This document shows, in pieces, positions 29,450 to 38,893 of a stretch of 64,000 bases of DNA. The translations under genes were made by a program, and so were the position numbers. Each line of letters begins with the position of its first letter. The first letter of the stretch is position 1. The notes under the pieces are model-generated. The model had not been told where the DNA came from, did no database searches, and saw nothing but the letters and a program-made list of their open reading frames with translations. The stretch is taken from positions 1-64,000 of IMG/VR virus record IMGVR_UViG_3300044633_000899; one strand, 5' to 3'.

Positions 29450-30023
29450 ATATGACGAAATTAAATCACTTTTAAGTGCATCAAGAAAAGTACTTAAAAA
29501 CACATTAAATGAAAGTGAAATTTATAAAATTAAATCAACCCACGGATTACTAACGGAACAAGAGGATGTTGAAAAGGAATATGAAACTTTTGATGGTGAA
29601 GAAGAAGATGGTAATGAGGAAGAAACTGTAAATAAATCAGATAAAAAACGAGCATACAGAATTTCTGGTGGTGTATTTGTTATCCACAGTAAAGAACCTA
29701 AAAATTTACAACTTACAACTGAAGACAAACGAGCATTCCAAGAAACAATGGATGAGTTTACCGCCGACGTATCTGAATTGGTTGATTTTGACAAGTTAAA
29801 TTTATATGACAATAATGTTGAGTGGTCTGGTAAAATAAATGAATTGGATGTTGAGTTCTTTTTATCAATTGGTGAAAAGAATGGTATTTATATAAATGGG
29901 ACTATGACCAAGGTTGACGATGAGTATATGGAGTTTTTGACAAATTTAAAACAATATTACGATAAATTTAAAACTAAATGGTCACAAGTAATCTCATCAA
30001 GAAAAAAAACACCAATAGAATGA
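29442..30023 (+). CDS. Acidic hypothetical protein
   Basis: ATG at 29442. Confidence 0.65.
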   Translation: MNRYDEIKSLLSASRKVLKNTLNESEIYKIKSTHGLLTEQEDVEKEYETFDGEEEDGNEEETVNKSDKKRAYRISGGVFVIHSKEPKNLQLTTEDKRAFQETMDEFTADVSELVDFDKLNLYDNNVEWSGKINELDVEFFLSIGEKNGIYINGTMTKVDDEYMEFLTNLKQYYDKFKTKWSQVISSRKKTPIE

Positions 30024-30373
30024 AAGAATTTGTAATTAATAATTTTCAGTTTATAATTCAATCAATAGGTACAATATTGTTAATTGTATTATTAATTAGA
30101 TCTTGTAGTCCAATTGAGGATAGATCAGAGTTATTGCAGTATAAATTAGACCAATTAGATACTAAAATTGAAGACTTAAATAAACAACAAAAAATGTTAA
30201 ACGATTCAATAATCGGTTATAAAAAGGATATATTAAAAATTGATTCAACAATATCAAAAATAAAAACCGATAGAAAAACAATTAACAATTATTATGAAGT
30301 ACAGAGGGATATAATTCTAGGTTATACCGCTAAACAAATTGACTCCGCGTTAAGAATTAAATATAAATATTAA
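30020..30373 (+). CDS. Membrane-anchored coiled-coil protein (spanin-like?)
   Basis: N-terminal hydrophobic helix ending IRSC, followed by a coiled coil. Confidence 0.5.
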   Translation: MKEFVINNFQFIIQSIGTILLIVLLIRSCSPIEDRSELLQYKLDQLDTKIEDLNKQQKMLNDSIIGYKKDILKIDSTISKIKTDRKTINNYYEVQRDIILGYTAKQIDSALRIKYKY

Positions 30374-30374
30374 A

Positions 30375-30785
30375 ATGAAAAACACACTTATTCTTTTTTT
30401 TATATTATTAACCAATATTTCTTTTGGTCAAATAATTGAATCTGACACAACAACACTATTAATACCAGTTAATGTTGGAAAATCTATTTTGGTTGACTTG
30501 AATGATTTAGAGCGATTGAAAAAACAAGAAGTGACGTATAAAAATGAAATACAACAACTAGAAAACAAAGTATTTAAAAACGAAAAGATAATAACTAGTT
30601 TAGAGGATAAGGATAAAAAAAACAATGAGATAATTGAATTAAAGGATTCAAAGTATAAATTAGTTGACGAGGAAAACAAACAATTACGTGATGATATTAA
30701 AAAAATCAAAACTAAGAATGTAATTATTGAAATTGTTGGTGGATCAATTATAGCCGCATTAACTTATATTATAACCTTTAAATGA
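30375..30785 (+). CDS. Secreted coiled-coil protein with a C-terminal TM helix
   Basis: Signal peptide (…TNISFG/Q), coiled coil and a C-terminal hydrophobic helix. Confidence 0.55.
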   Translation: MKNTLILFFILLTNISFGQIIESDTTTLLIPVNVGKSILVDLNDLERLKKQEVTYKNEIQQLENKVFKNEKIITSLEDKDKKNNEIIELKDSKYKLVDEENKQLRDDIKKIKTKNVIIEIVGGSIIAALTYIITFK

Positions 30786-31879
30786 TGGAAGACACTATTA
30801 AACAAGATATAACACAAATGGTTAACAGTTTAACGGCAGGAAATAATGACGCCAGAGTTGCTGCAAACAAATCCTTGAATGAAGATGGTAATGAAAGAAA
30901 TCCTGAAGACTATTTAGTTGAACCCAACGATATGGTTATTATTTTAAATCTAGTTAAAAATAAAAAACTATCTGCGAATAAAATAAAACAAAAAATTAGA
31001 GAGTATCTTAAAGATCCTAACACACTAAAAAGTTTCTTAAAATCAATAATTGACAGTAGAGGTAAAAAAGAAACAAAAGAAATGACTGGTACATCTTCAG
31101 CTGGGGGATATTCAGAACCGTTATTCACGAAAATGGAAACAAAAGAAGCGACAGGTTCATCCTCATCTGGTTCATATGAAACACCAAAGATATGGGCTAA
31201 AAGTACGAATAAAAAAGACTGGAGAGGTAAATCAAAACCACAAATACCTGGTGGTAAGTTTGTTCAGGTTAAGAAAAAATGTAAAAAGTTTCCATATTGT
31301 AATCAAGGTGATATTAACGCCCTTAATATTTTTGAAGATAAAATGTTGATAAATGCGGTAAATAAGGTTTCGCAAAAATTTGGTATAAATAAAGATATAA
31401 TCAAAGAAATAATTGAAGTTGAGATTAGTAATACAACAACCGAAAATCAATACAAACTAATTAAAGAAAATATTTCTTTAAAAGAAAAATTAAGGAACCT
31501 AATCAAAAAGATTGGTTTTGAATCTGTAACAAAGATTGTTGGATCTTTGGATAAAACTTTTGAAATCTTTGATATTAAAGAACCGATGGATTTCTTAAAC
31601 TTGTTTAACGATCTGGATGTTGTTCAGAGTGAAGACCTTGACTCTTGGACGTTATATCGTTATAAAAAAGGTCATAATTTTATTGTTTACGATAGAGAAA
31701 GTGATGAGATTTATATTAATTATTATGAAATTTGGTCGGTTTTGGAAGACAAATTTGGTCTTAAATACTCTGAAATACAGGAACTTACAAAGATATGGTT
31801 GGATGAGGTCTACAATTTAAGGGGTGTCACATCATTGATAATTGGTGTTGATGACAGTTGTATGAGGTCTACAATTTAA
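30782..31879 (+). CDS. Hypothetical protein C-terminally fused to the array-associated module (WLDEVYNLRGVT domain)
   Basis: Residues from about nt 31478 onward align with ORF 49880-50302. The stop codon lies inside repeat 2 of the array. Confidence 0.75.
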   Translation: MMEDTIKQDITQMVNSLTAGNNDARVAANKSLNEDGNERNPEDYLVEPNDMVIILNLVKNKKLSANKIKQKIREYLKDPNTLKSFLKSIIDSRGKKETKEMTGTSSAGGYSEPLFTKMETKEATGSSSSGSYETPKIWAKSTNKKDWRGKSKPQIPGGKFVQVKKKCKKFPYCNQGDINALNIFEDKMLINAVNKVSQKFGINKDIIKEIIEVEISNTTTENQYKLIKENISLKEKLRNLIKKIGFESVTKIVGSLDKTFEIFDIKEPMDFLNLFNDLDVVQSEDLDSWTLYRYKKGHNFIVYDRESDEIYINYYEIWSVLEDKFGLKYSEIQELTKIWLDEVYNLRGVTSLIIGVDDSCMRSTI

Positions 31880-31961
31880 GGGGAGTCACACCCTTTCATA
31901 TAACTTATGCAATTGACTTAGAGTAGTTGGATGAGGTCTACAATTTAAGATAGTTCATACT
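31798..31961 (+). CRISPR. CRISPR-like mini-array 1 (three 36-nt repeats, two unique spacers of 23 and 33 nt)
   Basis: Repeats at 31798, 31857 and 31926 (consensus GTTGGATGAGGTCTACAATTTAAGGGGAGTCACACC), with the distal copy degenerate. The repeats are certain, the CRISPR function is not. Confidence 0.5.
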
Positions 31962-32034
31962 TGAGTATACTAAGTTAACAAAACAAATAATGTTAACAAA
32001 AAATAAAATAATAAAATATTATTAAAATTTAAGA

Positions 32035-32042
32035 TATTTATA
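32035..32042 (+). promoter_or_regulatory. Putative late-promoter motif TATTTATA
   Basis: Lies upstream of 32057. Confidence 0.5.
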
Positions 32043-32056
32043 ATAAAACAAACAAA

Positions 32057-33202
32057 ATGAAAGACACACTAAAAAAACTAACAAATAAAATATTAAATGA
32101 GACTATTGAATCAAAAGCAAATGATTTGATGGAAAAACTAAAACTTAATAAATCTGAAGAATTTGATTACGTTGAAGAAGGTGAAACTTGTGAGCAATGT
32201 GGTCGTGAGATGACTGAAGGTGAGTGTAACGAATGTGGTACAAAAAACGAAGAAATAATATACGAATTAGAAGTTGATGAAGAAGAGATGGATGAAAGTT
32301 CAGAGTTTACATATGCTGCGCTACAAGCAAAGAAAAAAGGAAAAAAAGAATTTGAATTAGATGGTAAAAAATTTCCAGTTAAAGAAAGTGTTTACTATAG
32401 TTTAACAATTGATAATAAAAAAATATTAATGTCTGAATCACAATTTGAAACTTTAGTATTAAATATCGTGAAAAAAGAAAAATCAAAAATCACAGAATCT
32501 GATGTAAAATATAAACTTGAGATTGGTAACAAAGGTTATATCTTGAGTGAAGAAAAATTATTAGACATCATAGAACAAACAGTTATCGCTGAAGAGATGA
32601 AGTTTAAAAAAGGTGAAACACCAAAAGGTTATTCTGAATATGAAAAATCGGTTAAAAAATCAAAGAAAGAAAATGATGATTATTTAAAATCTGTTGGTAA
32701 AAAAATGAAAGATTATTTAGAAGACGGATCCAAAGGTGAATATGATGAAAACCCGAAGTATTTCCCAAAAAATAATGGTCAGTTAGAAAAAATGACAAAA
32801 AAGGCATATGTTATGTCAAATGATGGTAAGGACTTTATTGATGATTATTTACAACCAGGTATGGAAAATATTGTACCAGATGAAATTGAATACGATGAAA
32901 ATTGGGTTTCCGACAATATAAAAGGATCGTCAAAAACTGGGAACAACCCAGAATGGGCAAATGGTGAAAAAACAGAACTTGGTGATAGACTATCAAAAAA
33001 AATGAAAGATAAAAAATACAACAAGGCTAAAATGTCTGCATACAGAAAGTCTAAACAACCAATAACAGATGGTACTGGTGAAAATTCAGGAAAGGGTATT
33101 GATATTAAATTAGAAAGTATTGTTGAGAGAAAACAAGAAATATTATCTGAGGAGTTTAGTAAAATTCAAAATTTAATTAATTACGATCGGAAGACACAAT
33201 AA
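32057..33202 (+). CDS. Charged hypothetical (putative head-associated) protein
   Basis: MKDTLKKLTNKILNE N-terminus, CxxC pairs and a YAALQAKKKGKKEFELDGKKFPV motif. Confidence 0.7.
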   Translation: MKDTLKKLTNKILNETIESKANDLMEKLKLNKSEEFDYVEEGETCEQCGREMTEGECNECGTKNEEIIYELEVDEEEMDESSEFTYAALQAKKKGKKEFELDGKKFPVKESVYYSLTIDNKKILMSESQFETLVLNIVKKEKSKITESDVKYKLEIGNKGYILSEEKLLDIIEQTVIAEEMKFKKGETPKGYSEYEKSVKKSKKENDDYLKSVGKKMKDYLEDGSKGEYDENPKYFPKNNGQLEKMTKKAYVMSNDGKDFIDDYLQPGMENIVPDEIEYDENWVSDNIKGSSKTGNNPEWANGEKTELGDRLSKKMKDKKYNKAKMSAYRKSKQPITDGTGENSGKGIDIKLESIVERKQEILSEEFSKIQNLINYDRKTQ

Positions 33203-33249
33203 TTTACTTACGTAAAAACCTTATTATTATTCTCCATAGACAATTGTTT

Positions 33250-33726
33250 ATGGAGAATAATTTTTTTAACTATATTACAAAACAACTACAACGAGAAGAA
33301 GTTGATTTGTGGATGACGAGAAATAATATTTTCTCTGAGAAAATGGAGTTGTATTATGACTTTTGTAGATCGCTTTACATTAAATTATCAACCACTTTTT
33401 TAGGGGATGAAGATCTTACAGAAACCAAAATAGAAATGACCAACGAGGATAATCTAAAACATTTCAACTGGTGTTGGAAACAACTGATCAATGACTTCAA
33501 AAAAGAAAATATAATATTTGAAATAGAAGGTGAACACTACGAATATTTCCAGAACTTTTTTGATGAAATTTTTTATAAACAAAAAGATAAAAAAATCCGA
33601 GAATCAATTGATATGTTTTTTATGGATGTATTTGATTTTGAAAAAGCATTCACACAATCTGATTTAGATTTAATTTTAACAATATATAAGAACTTAGATA
33701 AAAATATGAGAATAAATATTTACTAA
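33250..33726 (+). CDS. Hypothetical protein
   Basis: ATG at 33250. Confidence 0.65.
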   Translation: MENNFFNYITKQLQREEVDLWMTRNNIFSEKMELYYDFCRSLYIKLSTTFLGDEDLTETKIEMTNEDNLKHFNWCWKQLINDFKKENIIFEIEGEHYEYFQNFFDEIFYKQKDKKIRESIDMFFMDVFDFEKAFTQSDLDLILTIYKNLDKNMRINIY

Positions 33727-33777
33727 TTTTTGATGTAGTGATATTATTCTAATAATAAACATAAATAAAAAATAAAA

Positions 33778-33954
33778 ATGGAAACTTTAGAAAAAATAAA
33801 AGCGTTAGTTGAGACACTTTCTGACGAATCAACAAAATTTTATGAAAAAAATAATAAATCAGCAGGAACTAGAGCAAGAACTGCAGCACAAGAATTAAGA
33901 GAACTATTAAAAACGTTTAGAGGTGAAATTTTAGAGGCTAGAAAGAATGGTTAA
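33778..33954 (+). CDS. Histone H1-like protein Hc1 family (missed by ORF track)
   Basis: METLEKIKALVETLSDESTKFYEKNNKSAGTRARTAAQELRELLKTFR. The KxAGTRAR motif is characteristic. Confidence 0.75.
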   Translation: METLEKIKALVETLSDESTKFYEKNNKSAGTRARTAAQELRELLKTFRGEILEARKNG

Positions 33955-34135
33955 TATAGATACAATATTTTCTTTCGTATTCGTATTTTCGCTTTTATCG
34001 TCTTTGAGACTGGTTACTAAACTTCTTTTGTTATTATTAGAAAAGACACCTCAAAAATTAATTTTAAATAAAAGTGAATTATTTTTTTACGGGATAATGA
34101 TATCATACGCAATAACATACATAATGAAAAATTAA
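33947..34135 (+). CDS. Small membrane protein
   Basis: Two hydrophobic segments. Confidence 0.55.
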   Translation: MVNIDTIFSFVFVFSLLSSLRLVTKLLLLLLEKTPQKLILNKSELFFYGIMISYAITYIMKN

Positions 34136-34139
34136 TACT

Positions 34140-34583
34140 ATGAGTATCTATAATGAATTTAATGAATTGTATCCTTATATACAATCAATCCGAAAACTTA
34201 AAACCTATTTGAGTTTTGACATGTCATTTCCGAAAGATTGGAAATTACCTAAAAAATACGTACCACAAGATAGTGTTATTGAAAATAAGTCAACAGACCC
34301 AACAATGAGGCTAATTTCTTTTGGTGTTGAATTTAATGAAGATACTGTCAATACAATTGTTGATAGTATTAAAAACGTAATCAAATATAATCGTGAAATT
34401 GAGGAAAAAGAACTTTTATTTGGTCTAAAAGTCCAGGAGTTAAAAAATATTTTTGAGAAACAAAACTTAATAACGTTACAAGATTTAAAATTTGACTTAG
34501 AGTCAAATAAACTTAAATTAGATGATGAATATGGTACAATTGAAAACAGAGACAGAGAAGAACATAGAGTGGTTGAAGAATGA
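34140..34583 (+). CDS. Hypothetical protein
   Basis: Operon context. Confidence 0.65.
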   Translation: MSIYNEFNELYPYIQSIRKLKTYLSFDMSFPKDWKLPKKYVPQDSVIENKSTDPTMRLISFGVEFNEDTVNTIVDSIKNVIKYNREIEEKELLFGLKVQELKNIFEKQNLITLQDLKFDLESNKLKLDDEYGTIENRDREEHRVVEE

Positions 34584-34728
34584 GATATTATTAGACCAAC
34601 AACAACTGGAACGTGAAAAAACACAGTTTATCCGGCAAATAAAAAATTTTAAGAGAGAAGAAATACTACCAAAAGAAGAGAAACAAACATTATGGAAACG
34701 GTTCAAGAAAGTAATTATGGGGATTTAA
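34522..34728 (+). CDS. Hypothetical protein
   Basis: Overlaps its neighbours. The start is uncertain. Confidence 0.5.
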   Translation: MMNMVQLKTETEKNIEWLKNEILLDQQQLEREKTQFIRQIKNFKREEILPKEEKQTLWKRFKKVIMGI

Positions 34729-35087
34729 CAAATTTAGCGTTAATAACAGATGGTATACAAAAATTATTTCCAACAGGATTAGGTGTTTTGGTTTACGAAT
34801 TAAACGTGTATGATTTTTATAATATCAAAAAACAATTTCCAGAAATAGACGAAAACAAAAATCGTTTTAAAATTGATATTTCAGGTGTTGAAGTTGTTTT
34901 CATACTTAAAGGTAGTCTTGAAAAAGAACTAACTAAACTAGAAGAACAAACTAAACTAGAAGAACAAACTAAACTAGAAGAACAAACTAAACTAGAAGAA
35001 GAAACATCAACGGAAGTTTTAGAACCAGTAATTAATGACTCATTTTTAAATAAACTTTTAAAATTATTCAGTAAAAAACGTAGTTGA
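34692..35087 (+). CDS. Hypothetical protein with (LEEQTK)n repeat
   Basis: Translation shows TKLEEQ repeated four times. Confidence 0.6.
   Translation: METVQESNYGDLTNLALITDGIQKLFPTGLGVLVYELNVYDFYNIKKQFPEIDENKNRFKIDISGVEVVFILKGSLEKELTKLEEQTKLEEQTKLEEQTKLEEETSTEVLEPVINDSFLNKLLKLFSKKRS
34932..35003 (+). repeat. 18-bp tandem repeat x4 (ACTAAACTAGAAGAACAA)
   Basis: Three exact copies plus one with a single mismatch. Confidence 0.95.
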
Positions 35088-35696
35088 ATTTCTATATAAA
35101 AACGATTTTGATATGCCTTTACTTTCTAATATTGAGTAAAGGTATTTTTTTTGTCGTATTGATGTGTCGTAAACCACAACACAGTCACTTCTTTTATTTT
35201 TATATAACGTATCTTCAAGAATTTTTAAAAACCTATTACTATCACCATCGCTTTTTAACGAGAATAAGAAATAATTATCATCTTCTTGAACTAATAATTT
35301 GTTGTTTAATTTAGATATAAATTTAAGTCCTTTCACTTTTAAATATTTACTATAAAAGTGTTTGAATGAGATTTTATGTTTGGTTTGTAAATCATATAAG
35401 AACTCCTCAACTTTATATTTTGATATCTTAGTTATTTTATAATTAGGATCATCAATTTCAATTTTTATTTGACGACCTAATTCATCTCTGACATAAAAAG
35501 GTGTAAAGTCTTTAGAATCGTTTTCTAATATACCAAGTTCAAATTCACAACGTTTACCATTCTCAACCTCTTTGTTAAAAACAACATCATTGTTTAGTAA
35601 TTTATCAAAAAATTTTTCAGCCCTTTCTTTGGTTTTAAATTTTTTAATTATTTTCTTTCTTTCTTTATTTTTAAACAAAACTATTAGGTATTTCAT
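35064..35696 (-). CDS. Basic hypothetical protein
   Basis: 210-aa ORF. Confidence 0.7.
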   Translation of the reverse strand: MKYLIVLFKNKERKKIIKKFKTKERAEKFFDKLLNNDVVFNKEVENGKRCEFELGILENDSKDFTPFYVRDELGRQIKIEIDDPNYKITKISKYKVEEFLYDLQTKHKISFKHFYSKYLKVKGLKFISKLNNKLLVQEDDNYFLFSLKSDGDSNRFLKILEDTLYKNKRSDCVVVYDTSIRQKKYLYSILESKGISKSFLYRNSTTFFTE

Positions 35697-35742
35697 AAAA
35701 AATTACTATATTTGCATTAAAGATATTAAAATTTAATAAAAA

Positions 35743-36678
35743 ATGAATACTGACAATTATTACACTATTTTAGGCGTCTCAGAAGACGCAACACAAGATG
35801 ATATAAAAAAAGCGTATAGAAAGTTAGCGAAAGAAAATCATCCAGATAAAGGTGGTGATGAGGAAATTTTTAAAAACATATCAATTGCTTACGACGCTAT
35901 TGGTAATGAGGAAAGTCGTAAGAAATACGATTTTGAACGAAAAAACCCTTTCAGTGGAATTAAAGGTCAATATGGTGAAGCGTTCAGATCTGCCTTTAGA
36001 AATATGCACAGAGGTCACGAATCACAAGAACATAGAGTCCACACAAAAACAATCACAATTGATATTACAGTGTTAGATTCTTTCCTATCAAAAGAAAAAC
36101 AATTTGAGTTTAATCGGAAAATTAAATGTGAACCTTGTGGTGGTAAAGGTGGTGAAAGACAAACTTGTCAAATATGTTCAGGACAAGGGCAGGTCATACA
36201 ACAGATGGGTAGTGGTATGTTTATACAAATTGTTTCTATGATGTGTAACAATTGCTCTGGACGAGGTTATACGTTGGTAAATAAATGTAACGAATGTTTA
36301 GGAAATGGTACAAAAAATGAAGCAAAAAAAGTTGAGGTAAAAATACCACACGGTATTGATAATGGGCAATTTTTAAGAATGAAAGGTGTTGGTGATTTTA
36401 ATGAAGGTTTGTATGGTGATTTAATAATTAAGGTTAATTTACAAAATGAAAACGACTTTGATAAGTACGACAATAATTTAGTATATAACAAATACTTTAA
36501 TATTAATGATTTTAATGAAGAATCTTTTGAAGTACCACACCCTGACGGAACAATGAAAGTCAATTTTCCAAAAAATATTGACACATCCAAACCATTAAGA
36601 GTAAAAGGTAAGGGATTTAAATATAATGGTGTTGGTGATTTATTTATAAATCAATATTTAAAGTATGAAAAACTTTAA
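35743..36678 (+). CDS. dnaJ: DnaJ chaperone
   Basis: J domain with HPD, four CxxCxGxG repeats and a C-terminal GDL domain. TATATTTG box at 35707-35714. Confidence 0.95.
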   Translation: MNTDNYYTILGVSEDATQDDIKKAYRKLAKENHPDKGGDEEIFKNISIAYDAIGNEESRKKYDFERKNPFSGIKGQYGEAFRSAFRNMHRGHESQEHRVHTKTITIDITVLDSFLSKEKQFEFNRKIKCEPCGGKGGERQTCQICSGQGQVIQQMGSGMFIQIVSMMCNNCSGRGYTLVNKCNECLGNGTKNEAKKVEVKIPHGIDNGQFLRMKGVGDFNEGLYGDLIIKVNLQNENDFDKYDNNLVYNKYFNINDFNEESFEVPHPDGTMKVNFPKNIDTSKPLRVKGKGFKYNGVGDLFINQYLKYEKL

Positions 36679-36836
36679 AAAAAATTAATCATGTCATAAA
36701 TAAATGATATAATACCATATATTGCAAAGGCGAACATAATGCCGCCAAACCAAAATAAAAAATTCTGAGTCTGTTTAACACCTTTATTTGTTTTACAGGC
36801 GCTACAGCCTACTTTTGTTGCTTCTTTCGTTTCCAT
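36675..36836 (-). CDS. Small CxxC + TM protein (missed by ORF track)
   Basis: METKEATKVGCSACK...FWFGGIMFAFAIYGIISFIY. Confidence 0.6.
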   Translation of the reverse strand: METKEATKVGCSACKTNKGVKQTQNFLFWFGGIMFAFAIYGIISFIYDMINFF

Positions 36837-36911
36837 ACATAAAATATAAATAAAGTGTGACGAATTGGAAAGGTTATTTTAACACGTTGGTGAATTTTAT
36901 ATGTTTAGTGA

Positions 36912-36919
36912 TATTTATA
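36912..36919 (+). promoter_or_regulatory. Putative late-promoter motif TATTTATA
   Basis: Lies upstream of 36940. Confidence 0.5.
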
Positions 36920-36939
36920 ATTAACAAAAAAAAAGAAAT

Positions 36940-38880
36940 ATGGAATTAGTAAATATATTATCAAAAGTAGTTAAAGAAAATTTAACGACTAAAAAAATAT
37001 TATTAGAATACCCTGAATCTACGGTTAAAAAATTATTAGATAAGTTTACAAAAGAAACTGATGAAACTGAAGATGTTATACGTAAAACAATCTCTGATTT
37101 TGAACGATTTAAAAGTTCGTTAAGTAATGAAGATAAAGATATTTTTAAACATTCATATGAAAAAATAAAAAGTTTGATTAAAGATAAATCAACACAACAA
37201 AAAACTAAAAAAGATTTAGATGGTTTAGTCCAGGATTATATCGCAAAAAATAAAGGTGCTGATTTACAATTAACAAAGAACAACATTAAAAAATTCTTTG
37301 AGATTAAAACAAATTTACCTCAAGCGAGAGAATTTAAATCAGACGTTACAAATATTAATCCCTCTGAGTTAAATAGTTTGGTTCAACGGTACTTTACAAA
37401 GTTCAATAACCAAGGTGTCAATGAACTTATAGTAGCAATAGCACAAAAATTTCACGATGAAAATCCAGATGAAGATGTTATGACTGCAATCTTACCTAGG
37501 GTTAAACGTTTTGTAAAACACTACGATTTAGTTCCACTAAATGCTAAGTTGAGTAAATTAATGAATTTTATTGAATTTGAACATATTGTTGATGGATACA
37601 CACCAATGGAAGAGAGTGAGTATACAGTACCAGAAGTTGACACTAGTGATGTTGATATTGCATATGAAGATGATGATATTTTAATTTTTGCACCAGACCA
37701 AAAACATAAATGTATTAACATTAGAAAGAAATTCGCACCAGATAGAAGATGGTGTACTTCTTGGGAGGGATCCTCAAATTATTATTACAATTATCGTTTA
37801 AATCAAAATTTAACATTATATTATGTTATTCAGAAAAATTTACCAGAGACTGATTTAAATTACGCAACCGTTGTCCTTGTTGATAAATATGGTAGTATGA
37901 GATTAGCCGATGGATCAAACTCTGGACGATACGCTGGTGGTAATGAATTACCTTGGAGTGAAATTGTTTCTAAAGTTCCCGCACTTAAAGGTAAGGAACA
38001 ATACTTAGAAGCAAAACCATACGATGGTGAAGATGAGGCAAAATTAAAAAAATATAAATCTTACAATTTAAATACAACAGATCCTATTTCAGAATTAGGT
38101 AGTTTAGAAGAAGTTGAATTATGGTTAGAATTAAGAAGTCCCGATCTTAAATCAACACCAAGAGGTGATGAGATTTTTGGGAATTTTCCGGAAGAATTAC
38201 AAAAAAAATACATTGGTTTAGGGAACGAATTATCCGCTGGGATGGTTAGAGCATTAACACCTAGTGCAATGGGTTACTATATTTCAAAGAAACGTGAAAA
38301 ATTATTACAAAAGACACTTAAAGATTTAAATGAAAATGATATGGAAATCATATTAAGTAAAGAAATGAGACCATATTATAAAAGTTTAAAGGAAAAATTT
38401 GCTAACGAACTTAATAATCAATTTGGTGATATTATACAAATTAAATACCCTTCAGATACTAGCGCAAAATATATTAGAATGTTTGGTATGAATGAGTTAT
38501 TAGATAGTATACCAGACACAACAATACTTTTTGAGGTTGATAACACATCAAACGACAAAGTAATCTTTGACATTCCAGATTCAATTGGTAAATTAACTAA
38601 TTTACAAACATTAGTTTTTAATAATTGTATTAATAAATTACCAGAAACAGTAGGTAATCTTACTAATTTACAATTTTTAACTTTAACTAATAATGAGGAA
38701 TTGACGACATTCCCAAATAGTGTTGTTGATTTAAGATGTTTATTGTTTATCTCTGTTGAAAATTCACCAATTGATATTGAAACATTACCAGAAGAGTTTA
38801 AAAGATATGTTGACACAAGTGCTGACACATTTTGGCCAGTTAACTATCCTGATGAGATGAAAGGCGACTGTTTACTTTAA
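36940..38880 (+). CDS. Multidomain protein with a central WCT domain and C-terminal leucine-rich repeats
   Basis: RRWCTSW...TLYYVI domain, then IPDSIGKLTNLQTL and LPETVGNLTNLQFLTL LRRs. Confidence 0.8.
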   Translation: MELVNILSKVVKENLTTKKILLEYPESTVKKLLDKFTKETDETEDVIRKTISDFERFKSSLSNEDKDIFKHSYEKIKSLIKDKSTQQKTKKDLDGLVQDYIAKNKGADLQLTKNNIKKFFEIKTNLPQAREFKSDVTNINPSELNSLVQRYFTKFNNQGVNELIVAIAQKFHDENPDEDVMTAILPRVKRFVKHYDLVPLNAKLSKLMNFIEFEHIVDGYTPMEESEYTVPEVDTSDVDIAYEDDDILIFAPDQKHKCINIRKKFAPDRRWCTSWEGSSNYYYNYRLNQNLTLYYVIQKNLPETDLNYATVVLVDKYGSMRLADGSNSGRYAGGNELPWSEIVSKVPALKGKEQYLEAKPYDGEDEAKLKKYKSYNLNTTDPISELGSLEEVELWLELRSPDLKSTPRGDEIFGNFPEELQKKYIGLGNELSAGMVRALTPSAMGYYISKKREKLLQKTLKDLNENDMEIILSKEMRPYYKSLKEKFANELNNQFGDIIQIKYPSDTSAKYIRMFGMNELLDSIPDTTILFEVDNTSNDKVIFDIPDSIGKLTNLQTLVFNNCINKLPETVGNLTNLQFLTLTNNEELTTFPNSVVDLRCLLFISVENSPIDIETLPEEFKRYVDTSADTFWPVNYPDEMKGDCLL

Positions 38881-38893
38881 TTATAACTACAAT

